Shown: piece after piece, positions 17,576 to 27,018 of the stretch | How positions within the stretch are numbered: the stretch's first letter is position 1 | Layout: each line of letters begins with the position of its first letter | Assembly: GCA_035411425.1 (NCBI GenBank) | Contig: DAONSX010000001.1 | Span: forward strand, 65,678 to 129,677 | Length of the DNA stretch: 64,000 bases | Origin: Bacteroidales bacterium | Lineage (GTDB): Bacteria; Bacteroidota; Bacteroidia; Bacteroidales; TTA-H9 | Direction of reading: 5' to 3' | Program-made: the position numbers and the translations under genes | Notes under the pieces: generated by a model | The model's input: only the letters and a program-made list of their open reading frames with translations | The model's database searches: none | What the model was told of the DNA's origin: nothing

Positions 17576-20500
17576 TTAGTTGAAAATATAACGAATTCCG
17601 ACTTGCCCCATCCATCGTGAGCTTATCAGACCGCTGTCGTCGATATTCCATACTTCGCCTTTAGGTTTCTGGAAAGTAAAGGTTGGTACGGTTTTATTGC
17701 CATCGGCATCAGCTTTGAGTCCCTGGAAGTTAAGAAGAGGATAATTACCATAATATCCTGATACATAATATTTACGACCCCAATCGGAATTAATAAAATT
17801 ACCCAGATTGAAGATATCGAAAGTAATCTGAAGCGTATTTCGTTTGCCGGCTACGTTAACATAAAAGTCCTGTGCCAAATGAAGGTCAATGTTATGTTCA
17901 AAGGGGGTGCGGGCAGCATTGCGTTCGGCATACATGCCACGACGAGACCTCAAATAATCGTCCGATTCTATGAAAGCAGTCAGATCATTCCATTGCTGTT
18001 CTTTACTTATAACAATATTTCCATTGGCGTCTTTGACATCGAGTAAAATAATATCGTTTTGATCTTTAGGAACATACATCAGTTCCAAACTTTGGTTATC
18101 TTCACCCAGCCATGATTTGGTATTATCCTGATAACCCCATGAAAATCTTTGACCCGATTGTCCTGAATAGAAGAATCCAATAGTTGTGGCACAATGTTTC
18201 AGATAGTCGATTTTCCATGATATATAGCCCACGATGCGATGACCCATATCAAAATCAGAGATGCTGAAGTCGAGGTCATTTTTCCCTCTTACATTGGGAA
18301 CGCGCCATTGAGAGGAGTTTTGGGATGATTGTCCATCGTTCATCGAGCGAGCTGCTCCAAAGGTATAGGCTAAACTCGTGTATAAGCCATTATGGAAGGT
18401 TTTCTGCAACTGAGCAGTGAGATTATAAGTATATCCCAGAGATGTATTGGTTGCCCACATAATGTCAGTATATTTAGCACCCTGCAGGTCAATTTTTTCC
18501 CATAAAGGGCGGTTATCGCCGGTTCCTGTCAGATGAAGTCCGGATTTTTTATAAGCAAGGTTCTTATAAAGTACATTATTAATGTTTTTGGTGTAAGTAA
18601 CATCACCAGTTGCAATCACATCCCAAGGTAGTTTTTGGTCGACGGCCAAACTCATACGCCAAACCTGAGGGAATTTGAAATTCTTAGCAAATAGGTCGAT
18701 CTGGCCTGAAGGTGTAACTGGATCTCCGGGTTTCCATCCGGGCTGGTTGTTCCAATCGGGATTGAAAATCAGATAAGGGCTCGTAGGGTTCGAAACATAG
18801 GTTACCCTCATGCCGCCAAGCATAAGTCCATTGTTGTTGTAAACACCACCTGGCCAAACATAAGGTATGCGGGAAGTGAAAATACCTATACCTCCTCTAA
18901 CCTGAGTACTTTGATCATTGAATACATCCCAGTTGAATCCGAATCTGGGCGACCATAACAGATGGACATCAGGCATTTGACCGGTTTGTGCCCCTTGCAA
19001 ATCCCATCCATTCTGTTCTAAAACAGGAATGATGTTATTATTGAAATCTTCGTTTACAATGGGATCGTCTAAAAACATGGGAATATCAACCCTGAGGCCA
19101 AAGGTAAGTTTCAAATTATCCAGAGCTTGATATTCGTCCTGAGCATAGAATCCCAACTGAAGGGCTTTGAATTTTGTAGCTGCACTCGAACCATCACCCG
19201 TTTTCCCATCTGTCATCGAAAATGTTCTATCATATTGAGTAGCTGTATCATTGTTCAAGAAATCATCAATGCTGTTATAGGTATAAACTCCGAAATTTTG
19301 ACGGATGAAGAGGTTATACATGTTATAGAATTCGTTGTGCGTACCAAATGTAAGGGTATGTTTTCCAGAGTACCATTCGAAATTATCGGTAAGAGTGATA
19401 ATATCCTGATCGAGCTGATTGGCTGTGGAAAATTGTTCAGAACCAAGATTGATGCTGCCTTTACCGTCGCGAATGCTCACGTAAGGGAAATTCTGTCCCA
19501 TAGGATCGCGGTCATCTCTAACAAAGGTAAGTCCCACAATCAGGTTGTTGGCAAATTTGTTTCCGAAGATACTTTTCAGTTCTAAAGCCGATGAATTGGT
19601 GGTAGATGGAAAATATATACCCGCATTTTCGAAAGTGATGTTGGTATTGGTTTGATACCCAGGTTCGGTTTTTGTTCCTTTTGTATATTGATGTCGAAGG
19701 GTAAGCTTATGGTTTTGATTGATGTTCCAGTCGACACGTCCAAATATTTTGGTGCCGTCGAGTTTTTTTATAACTCCCTGAAATCCACCCGGGTCATAAC
19801 CATACGATTTTACCTTTTCGATTAGTTGACTAATTTTATCTACATCCGAATTGCCTTCATAAGTAGAAAATTCGAAAGGCTGAGGAGTTTCGTCCTTTTG
19901 AATCTCGACGTTGCCAAAAAAGAAAACTTTATCCTTGATGATAGGGCCACCTAAGCGAACGCCATAAGTTTTACTCGAAAAATCGGGTAGTTTCTTTCTT
20001 TCGATGTTGGAATCGTCGGTGGGAGTTTTTCCTGCGAGGTCTTGATTACGGAAATAATAATAGGCCGAACCTTCAATTTCATTAGTTCCTCTTCGAGTTA
20101 CGGCATTGATTCCTGCACCGGCAAAACCACCCAATTTGATGTCGTAAGGAGCAATAGCAATATTCAACTGATCGATGGCATCCATACTAAAGGGGCTTAT
20201 ACCGGTTTGTCCACCGTTGGTTCCACTTCCGGCTAATCCGAATACATCGTTGTTAACGGCACCATCTATAAATATGGCATTGTAGCGGTTGTTCATGCCA
20301 GCTACCGTAAGATTGGGTCCATCGCTGGTTTCCTGAACCCGGGCTTGAGGCGTCAATCGAGTGTAGTCGGTTAGATTGCGCCCGATGGTTGGTAATTTAT
20401 CGATTTTGTCACGTGTTATATTGGTTTCACTACCGGTTCGATTTAAATCGAAGATTGCACTTCTTTCAGCAGTGATTTCGACACCGGAAATTTGAGAAAG

Positions 20501-20839
20501 CTTCTCGGCTAAAGAGACATTAATTCGCGAATATTGTCCTAATGTAAGGAAAATGTTCTCTTTCAGAAAATCTTCGTAACCAACATACGAAATTTTCAAG
20601 GTGTAAGGACCACCAACGTTGACATTGGGAATTCGATAGAAACCATTGATATCGGTGGTTGTACCATACTGCGTGCCTGAAGGAACATGGATAAGTATGA
20701 CCGTCGCTCCGGGTAAACTTTCACCATTAGTCCCGGTAACTTTCCCATTGATCCCAGAAGTAGTAATCTGTGCAAACGAACTGCCTGCTCCTATCATGAT
20801 AAGTACAATCATGCAGAGTTTTCGGAAAATTTGATTCAT
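17576..20839 (-). CDS. TonB-dependent outer-membrane receptor, Oar-like (N-terminal carboxypeptidase-regulatory-like domain), 1087 aa
   Basis: Signal peptide, then GKVTGTNGESLPGATVILIHVPSGTQYGTTTDINGFYRIPNVNVGGPYTLKISYVGYE (CarbopepD_reg-like), plug and barrel regions, and a C-terminal aromatic residue (...GIRYIFN). There is no adjacent SusD gene. Confidence 0.88.
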   Translation of the reverse strand: MNQIFRKLCMIVLIMIGAGSSFAQITTSGINGKVTGTNGESLPGATVILIHVPSGTQYGTTTDINGFYRIPNVNVGGPYTLKISYVGYEDFLKENIFLTLGQYSRINVSLAEKLSQISGVEITAERSAIFDLNRTGSETNITRDKIDKLPTIGRNLTDYTRLTPQARVQETSDGPNLTVAGMNNRYNAIFIDGAVNNDVFGLAGSGTNGGQTGISPFSMDAIDQLNIAIAPYDIKLGGFAGAGINAVTRRGTNEIEGSAYYYFRNQDLAGKTPTDDSNIERKKLPDFSSKTYGVRLGGPIIKDKVFFFGNVEIQKDETPQPFEFSTYEGNSDVDKISQLIEKVKSYGYDPGGFQGVIKKLDGTKIFGRVDWNINQNHKLTLRHQYTKGTKTEPGYQTNTNITFENAGIYFPSTTNSSALELKSIFGNKFANNLIVGLTFVRDDRDPMGQNFPYVSIRDGKGSINLGSEQFSTANQLDQDIITLTDNFEWYSGKHTLTFGTHNEFYNMYNLFIRQNFGVYTYNSIDDFLNNDTATQYDRTFSMTDGKTGDGSSAATKFKALQLGFYAQDEYQALDNLKLTFGLRVDIPMFLDDPIVNEDFNNNIIPVLEQNGWDLQGAQTGQMPDVHLLWSPRFGFNWDVFNDQSTQVRGGIGIFTSRIPYVWPGGVYNNNGLMLGGMRVTYVSNPTSPYLIFNPDWNNQPGWKPGDPVTPSGQIDLFAKNFKFPQVWRMSLAVDQKLPWDVIATGDVTYTKNINNVLYKNLAYKKSGLHLTGTGDNRPLWEKIDLQGAKYTDIMWATNTSLGYTYNLTAQLQKTFHNGLYTSLAYTFGAARSMNDGQSSQNSSQWRVPNVRGKNDLDFSISDFDMGHRIVGYISWKIDYLKHCATTIGFFYSGQSGQRFSWGYQDNTKSWLGEDNQSLELMYVPKDQNDIILLDVKDANGNIVISKEQQWNDLTAFIESDDYLRSRRGMYAERNAARTPFEHNIDLHLAQDFYVNVAGKRNTLQITFDIFNLGNFINSDWGRKYYVSGYYGNYPLLNFQGLKADADGNKTVPTFTFQKPKGEVWNIDDSGLISSRWMGQVGIRYIFN

Positions 20840-21129
20840 AATTTAATGGGTTAGATTATTGAGGTTGAGTTGTCCGAAATCATAACTTAGATAAATATAT
20901 ATGTGTATTCATTTTATCAAAAGGTTATCAATAAATGTAAACAGCCTCTTCGAAATCCTTGCAAAACTATCGAAGAGTATGAGAATATCATTTAAATAAA
21001 CTTAAAGTTTTTATTAATTCTCTTTAAAAGCAGATAAAATATTTTATTGATCAGGTGGTTATAAAATGATTCAGAGATACATTACCCATATGACTTTTCG
21101 AGTGATAAGGAGAATCATTCTTTGAAGGT

Positions 21130-24100
21130 TTATTTTAGGGCAGTAATGAGGATTTTTTGAATGGAGAGGTTGGCTTGTTCGGGTACCAGGCTCAACCATG
21201 TGGTAGTGGCTGCATTCCATCCCGTAGTTGAGTTCAATGGTGCAACAAAGGTATTGGTAACAGGGTTTTTTAATAATTTAATAACCACGCCTCCTGTTTT
21301 GGTTTTTCCGTGGCCATAGTTTACGACGATTTTGGCGTCTTCTTGTAAAGGATGGGAGAGGCTGACTACTATAAAAGCTTCGCTTTTGGCAGGATATGTT
21401 TTTGCATCAAGTGAAAATTGAACCATTTGATTGGTTTCGAGATTTAATGGTTCGTCTGTAATTTGCGTCAGAGTATCTGAGAGTATCAGTTTCAGAGTTC
21501 GCTGCAAGCCTTCGATGGCTTCCTGACGGTGAGGTTCGAGATGCAGGGCAATCAAATAATTATCGAAAGCTACGCCAAGATCGTTTTTATTTTCGGCAAT
21601 TTTCCCTTCAGCAAGCGCTTTTTCATAAGTAATTCCTTCCACTTCGCGTGGAGTAATGAGTAAGGCATTGAGTTCGGCAATTTTTTTCGAGGGGTAGTCT
21701 TCGGTTGGTTTTAAGTTTCGAGCCGTTAGATAATGTTTGAGAGCATCATTATAAAGTCTGACGTCGAAACAACTATCGGCCGATTTTATGGCGTGTTGAA
21801 AACGAGCTTCTAAAAGGGCATTGTCGCTAAGAATTTTTTGTATTTCTTTTATCTTTTGTCCGGGTAATGCCTCAGAAGGATTAACTTCTGCCGCTTTCCT
21901 GTAAAAGCTAATAGCTTCTTCAAGTGCGCCTTGCCGGTAAAGGCTATCGGCTTGTCGAAAATTGTTTTTATATGCAAGTTGTCGTTGTTCTATGGCTTGT
22001 ATTTCTTCATCAATTTGTTTGAGCCTGTTTGCAGCATATTCCTGATCGGGCATCACCTGTGTGGCTTGCATGAAAAACTGACGTGCTTCATATAATTTTC
22101 CTGCCTTGTATGAAGCATCAGCTTTGGTAATAAGATTGTGATACTGTTCGGTTCGAGTAGCAATTTCCTGAATTATATTCCGAAGTTCTGTAATTTTTTG
22201 CTTTGGATATTCTTCATTCGGTTTCAATTGAACAGCATTTTCATAAGCAAGGACTGCTTGGGAATAATTTTTTAGTTTATCGAGACTATCAGCGGTTTTT
22301 ATCCATCGAGTATAATCCTGTTCTCGCTTCTCGATGGTTTTTATTTTTGTTTCAATGGCTAAGATTTGATCCAGTGGATAAGTCTCATTCTGCTTGATTT
22401 GACTGGCTTCCTTATAATATGTTAAAGCCGTTATCAAATTATCTGATTTATATAATGAATCAGCTTTGGCAATGGCTTGCTGGTATTTGAGTTCGTTAGC
22501 CTTCATCTGTGCAATAATTCTATGAAGAGCTTCTATTCTATCTTTCACTTCTTCATTGTTCGGCTTGATAGATAAGGCATTCTGATACATCTCGAGAGCA
22601 TTTTGATAATCTCCTGCGTTTTCGAGATTCTTTGCATTAGCCTTGGCAAGAGTAAAGGCATCGTTTTCGGCCTTTTCTTTTTCGGTCTTTAAAATCTTAA
22701 TCTGTTCGATACGTGATTGTGGATAAGGATTTCCGGGCATAAGCTGGCTTGCTTGCTGATAAAAACCGAGCGCCTTATCGAGATCCTGAGCATCAAAGGC
22801 CTCATTTCCCCTTGCTACGTAATCATTGAAAGACTTTTCTTTTTCTGCCTTCGCCAGAATGAGTGAATCCATTTGTTGAACCTTCTGACTGGGATAAACT
22901 TCATTTGGATTGATAGCTTGTGCTTTTTGATATTCTAATTTAGCTTGCTGCCATTTCCCTTCTTTAGCCAATTGATTGGCTTGGACAATAGTTTGCCTGT
23001 AATTGGCCTCAATAGCAGCTTTTTGTTCGAGTTGCAGTTGTATTTCTTCGACTTTCTGTTGAGGATATTTTTCGTCGGGATAAATTTTCAGCGCATTTTG
23101 ATATGCTGCCAAGGCATTTTTCAAATCTCCCGTTGCTAAGTATTGGTCGGCAAGTTTGATGTTAGATTCATAAGTTTCGCGTTTTTGCCGCAAATTGCCA
23201 AGAATATTTTCAATTTCGGAAATACGCGCGCTGGCTGCTTTATCATTAGGTTGAATTTTCAATACCTGCCGATAGTAAACTAAAGCCGAGTCATACTGTT
23301 TGGATTCAAAGAAATTTTGGGCTTCTGAAAGCGTCTGACTGTAAAGTTTCAGGCGATTTTGCTCTACTATTAATAGGGAATCGCTCTGGGCTTTTTTTCT
23401 TGAAGCCAAAAGATCGTTTGTTTTTAATTGTATAGCTTCTGCATAAGCTTTCGAAGCATTCTCATATTGCTTTTCGCTTAAATATCTATCGCCTCGAGCT
23501 AAAGTTTGAGCATACTTTGCCTCTTTCAAGGCAATATCCTGACGAATTCGAGATGATTCCTCTATTTTTTGAGAGGCAAGAGCATGATTGGGCTTAAGTG
23601 CTAAAGCTTCGCGATACAGTTTCTCGGCTTGTTCGTAATCTTTTTGATTTTCTGCTTCACCAGCCCTGGCTAAAAGCATTTCGAATTGTTCATCAATCGA
23701 TTTTTGAACTAATAAAGTGCTGTCGATGGAATGTATTCTATCGAGGGCTCTTTTGTCATTGGGAAAGATTTCGAGTGCAGATTGAAGAACTTCTTTTGCC
23801 TTGGCAAATTGATTATTTTTCAATAATCTATCTGCTTGAACCAACTTTTCGTCAAAGGCGTTCCGAAAGGCTTGCTGTTGCTTGAATAAATCTTCGATTT
23901 CTTGAATTTTTGTCTTTGGATAAGTTTCGTCGGGTTTCAACTTAATAGCACCTTGGTAAAGAACAAGGGCATCGTTATACATCTTATTGGCAAGCAAGTT
24001 GTCAGCTTTTTGTATGGCTTGTTGATAGTTTGCCTGAAGCTGTCGGAAGTTTGTTTCGAGTTCGTCGATTTGTGCAAGTTTAGCCCTTACTTGCGCATTA

Positions 24101-25473
24101 TTAGGTTGAAGTTCGGAAGCTTGCTGAAGGAAGCTTCTAGCTTGAGAATAATTTTTGGCGACAATATATTGATCGGCTTGTTTCAAAAGTTCTTCGAAAT
24201 GAATGGCAATTTGTTTTTGCTCGTTGAATTTTTGTGTGAGTATTGCGATTTGTTCTTGGGGATAGGTGGAGTCGGGTAGGAGTTTAGAAGCCGATTGGTA
24301 AGTTTGAATGGCTTTGGTGAATTCTCCATTTTTTTCGAGCTCGGCTGCTTGATGAATGAGTTGTTCATACGATCTACGATTTTTTACCAACTGATCAATC
24401 CGTGGCTGCAATGATTTGATTTTCGAAGAACCATAACTGTCGTTCGGTTTGAGTAGAAGGGCATCGGAAAATAATTGATACGCTTTTTCTATTTCGCCCG
24501 ATTTCAAATAATTATCTCCTTCGTTGATCAATGATTTATAGCGCTGCTGCCTCGATGATTCATCGGCATACAAAGCCTGGATTTCGCGAATACGTGTTTT
24601 AGGGTAAGTTTCATCGGGATTGATGTCAATGGCCTCTTTATAGGCTTTCATAGCTTCATCGAACTTTCCTGCTGCGAAGGCTGCATCTCCTTTGGCTTTG
24701 GCTTTCTGATACTGTGAGCTGATTTCTGCCTGATAAGTCAGGATGTCATTAATTTCATCGATTTTTTGTTGGGCTTCAACACCTTCGGGTAAAATTTGAT
24801 TAGCTTCCGTAAATAGTTGGAGTGCTTGTTCATATTTTTGAAGTTGATATGCCTGATTGGCTTCAGCAAGCTTTTGTTGATAAAGTATGCGAGCTTGTTT
24901 CTCTTGCTGCTGACTTTGTGCGAGCCCCTGAGCAGCCTGTTCATCGTCCCCCTTTATCTGCAACGCACTGCTAAATGCTTTCGAAGCATGTTGATATCGT
25001 TTGGCTTTCAGAGCATCATTCCCTTCAAGCATGGCTTCATTGTATCGAGCAATTTGTTTCTGCTGGTTTTCTATCTTTTTCTTTAATTCATTCAAACGTG
25101 AATGTAAATGAGGGTCGATAAATGAAAGATGTTCCAAGTGCCCCACCAGTTTATTGGCTGAGGCGTAATCCTTATTGCGAAATGCAAGTTCAGCTTCATA
25201 AAGCAGAGTCTGAGCTTCCTTATTAAATTGCTCGGCCGATGATAAGGCCTTTTCCAGCTCGATAATACGATTTTGAACTTTTGTATCACCAGGTTTCAAC
25301 TTATCTGCATACCTATACGCCGATAAAGCCGATCGAAGATCATTTACTCTGTAAACACTGTCGGCAAATTTCACGGCTTTTTCGAAAGGGGAGAGGTTTT
25401 GCTGAGCATTGGCGGTAATATAAAATAATGACGAATAGGTGATTATTAAAACGAGGCGAAGGGTATTTCTCAT
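21130..25473 (-). CDS. Very large secreted TPR-like repeat protein (1447 aa from the ATG at 25473) with a non-repeat C-terminal ~130-aa domain
   Basis: The signal peptide MRNTLRLVLIITYSSLFYITANAQQ begins at the internal ATG. About 20 repeats of a ~70-aa unit follow, each ending in a motif such as LKPNEEYPKQKITELRNI. The C-terminal segment (LNLETNQMVQFSLDAKTY...WLSLVPEQANLSIQKILITALK) is not TPR-like. Confidence 0.85.
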   Translation of the reverse strand: MRNTLRLVLIITYSSLFYITANAQQNLSPFEKAVKFADSVYRVNDLRSALSAYRYADKLKPGDTKVQNRIIELEKALSSAEQFNKEAQTLLYEAELAFRNKDYASANKLVGHLEHLSFIDPHLHSRLNELKKKIENQQKQIARYNEAMLEGNDALKAKRYQHASKAFSSALQIKGDDEQAAQGLAQSQQQEKQARILYQQKLAEANQAYQLQKYEQALQLFTEANQILPEGVEAQQKIDEINDILTYQAEISSQYQKAKAKGDAAFAAGKFDEAMKAYKEAIDINPDETYPKTRIREIQALYADESSRQQRYKSLINEGDNYLKSGEIEKAYQLFSDALLLKPNDSYGSSKIKSLQPRIDQLVKNRRSYEQLIHQAAELEKNGEFTKAIQTYQSASKLLPDSTYPQEQIAILTQKFNEQKQIAIHFEELLKQADQYIVAKNYSQARSFLQQASELQPNNAQVRAKLAQIDELETNFRQLQANYQQAIQKADNLLANKMYNDALVLYQGAIKLKPDETYPKTKIQEIEDLFKQQQAFRNAFDEKLVQADRLLKNNQFAKAKEVLQSALEIFPNDKRALDRIHSIDSTLLVQKSIDEQFEMLLARAGEAENQKDYEQAEKLYREALALKPNHALASQKIEESSRIRQDIALKEAKYAQTLARGDRYLSEKQYENASKAYAEAIQLKTNDLLASRKKAQSDSLLIVEQNRLKLYSQTLSEAQNFFESKQYDSALVYYRQVLKIQPNDKAASARISEIENILGNLRQKRETYESNIKLADQYLATGDLKNALAAYQNALKIYPDEKYPQQKVEEIQLQLEQKAAIEANYRQTIVQANQLAKEGKWQQAKLEYQKAQAINPNEVYPSQKVQQMDSLILAKAEKEKSFNDYVARGNEAFDAQDLDKALGFYQQASQLMPGNPYPQSRIEQIKILKTEKEKAENDAFTLAKANAKNLENAGDYQNALEMYQNALSIKPNNEEVKDRIEALHRIIAQMKANELKYQQAIAKADSLYKSDNLITALTYYKEASQIKQNETYPLDQILAIETKIKTIEKREQDYTRWIKTADSLDKLKNYSQAVLAYENAVQLKPNEEYPKQKITELRNIIQEIATRTEQYHNLITKADASYKAGKLYEARQFFMQATQVMPDQEYAANRLKQIDEEIQAIEQRQLAYKNNFRQADSLYRQGALEEAISFYRKAAEVNPSEALPGQKIKEIQKILSDNALLEARFQHAIKSADSCFDVRLYNDALKHYLTARNLKPTEDYPSKKIAELNALLITPREVEGITYEKALAEGKIAENKNDLGVAFDNYLIALHLEPHRQEAIEGLQRTLKLILSDTLTQITDEPLNLETNQMVQFSLDAKTYPAKSEAFIVVSLSHPLQEDAKIVVNYGHGKTKTGGVVIKLLKNPVTNTFVAPLNSTTGWNAATTTWLSLVPEQANLSIQKILITALK

Positions 25474-25545
25474 AAACAGACAAAAATTCTCAATCAGGAA
25501 CACAAAATATATAATACGTTTTTCTGGCAAAATTAGTATATTCAT

Positions 25546-26015
25546 GATGGATTCTGAAGACCTATTTTGTTTTAACCTTTTTCAATAGGATAAAAGGTGA
25601 TATTACATTTGTAATTTAAATATACAAAATTAACATATTTAAACTCAAATGCAATCTGTAATTTTATTGTTGTTAACAATTTACAATTATCAATTAAATT
25701 TATTTTACATTATAATATAATTATTTATAAACCAGATGAATATAATTTTTTATTAAATTGATACTTTAAGTAATGGAGCGAATTTTTGACTATGTTAAAA
25801 AAGTTTGAATTTATACAAAAAGGACTTAAAATATGGATAACATTAGTTAAATCCATATAGTTATAATTTATTTTATCAAATTACATTTGTGAATTAAAAT
25901 TCAATTCAAATTATAAATTAGGTTACAATTGTAATAACTTTACAAAGTTACATTTGGATAAAGGAATATCCAATCATAAAATTAAGTTTATATTTGTAAA
26001 TAAATTTTATGAAAA
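25546..26015. promoter_or_regulatory. 470-bp very AT-rich divergent intergenic region with repeated TTACA-nn-TGTAA palindromes
   Basis: TTACATTTGTAA at 25603-25614, TTACATTTGTGAA at 25881-25893, the perfect palindrome TTACAATTGTAA at 25923-25934, and TTACAAAGTTACATTTGG at 25940-25957. The -7 box TATATTTG at 25989-25996 lies 20 nt before the ATG at 26016. Confidence 0.45.
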
Positions 26016-26495
26016 ATGATCGAGCGAATAAGACAGATCATGAGCAAAAAAGGAATGACACCATCACAATTTGCCGATGCTATTGGGATACAACGTTCGG
26101 GGATGTCGCATATACTTTCGGGACGCAATAAACCAAGTCTCGATTTTGTGATGAAAGTCCTGAACCGGTTCCCTGACATCGATCCAACTTGGCTTTTAAA
26201 GGGCGATACTATCGCTAAACCTAAACAGGACATAAAACCCAGGGAATTGACTTTGTTTTCTGATGAAGAAAATGAATTTGATAAGGATGAGACGCAAAAT
26301 AACGAACGGCCCAAAATTACCAAACCCTCGGAGTCGAAACCTATATCAGTAAAAGTGGATGAACCTGTTGCTTATTCTCCCACTCCCAAGCAAAGGAGCG
26401 AAGAAGTCATGGGTAAAAATTCACCTCATCGTATTTCAAAAGTCATTTTGCTATACGAAGATGGTTTCTATGAAATAATGAGCAATCCTCAATAA
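26016..26495 (+). CDS. XRE-family helix-turn-helix transcriptional regulator (159 aa)
   Basis: The N-terminus IERIRQIMSKKGMTPSQFADAIGIQRSGMSHILSGRNKPSLDFVMKVLNRFPDIDPTWLLKGD is an HTH_3-type motif. The C-terminal half is low-complexity and charged. Confidence 0.85.
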   Translation: MIERIRQIMSKKGMTPSQFADAIGIQRSGMSHILSGRNKPSLDFVMKVLNRFPDIDPTWLLKGDTIAKPKQDIKPRELTLFSDEENEFDKDETQNNERPKITKPSESKPISVKVDEPVAYSPTPKQRSEEVMGKNSPHRISKVILLYEDGFYEIMSNPQ

Positions 26496-26911
26496 AACCT
26501 TTCGAGCGATGAAAAGAAGAAATTTGCCTCACGCTGGGCATTTTCGTCAGAATCGCTGCCATGAACTGCATTTTGCTGAATATCTGTGCCATACGATGCT
26601 CTTATAGTTCCTTGAGTAGCCTTGGCAGGATCGGTATTACCAATCAAAGTTCTAAAATCATCAACGGCATTTTCTTTTTCTAAAATGGCGGCAATAATGG
26701 GTGCCGATGAGATAAATCTTACCAAACCCTCGTAAAAAGGTCTTTCTTTGTGAATCTCATAAAATTTTCCGGCTTCTTCGCGGCTCAACCAGATCATTTT
26801 CATTGCTATAATCTTAAACCCATGTTCAATTATAAATTGAATAATGTTTCCTGTATAATTCCTCGAAATAGCACAGGGCTTAATCATGCTAAAAGTAATG
26901 TTTCCCGACAT
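26489..26911 (-). CDS. ndk: Nucleoside diphosphate kinase
   Basis: TFSMIKPCA..., the active-site region NAVHGSDSDENAQRE. The start was moved to the ATG at 26911 (MSGNITF), giving 140 aa. Its 3' end overlaps the convergent HTH gene by 7 nt. Confidence 0.93.
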   Translation of the reverse strand: MSGNITFSMIKPCAISRNYTGNIIQFIIEHGFKIIAMKMIWLSREEAGKFYEIHKERPFYEGLVRFISSAPIIAAILEKENAVDDFRTLIGNTDPAKATQGTIRASYGTDIQQNAVHGSDSDENAQREANFFFSSLERFY

Positions 26912-27018
26912 GATAAAATCGATTTTAAAGTAGTTTGAATGAGCAAACATAGCAACATTTATATTTTCAGATGATCGAATTGGTTCATTAAAAAGGCTTT
27001 TTATAATTTTGCGTTCTC

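Noticed and set aside
19127-19585. 152-aa plus-strand ORF
   Set aside because: It is antisense inside the TonB-dependent receptor gene.
26489-26495. 7-nt overlap of the convergent XRE and ndk 3' ends
   Set aside because: The overlap is real in the sequence, but such short convergent overlaps are common in compact genomes and there is no evidence of regulatory significance.
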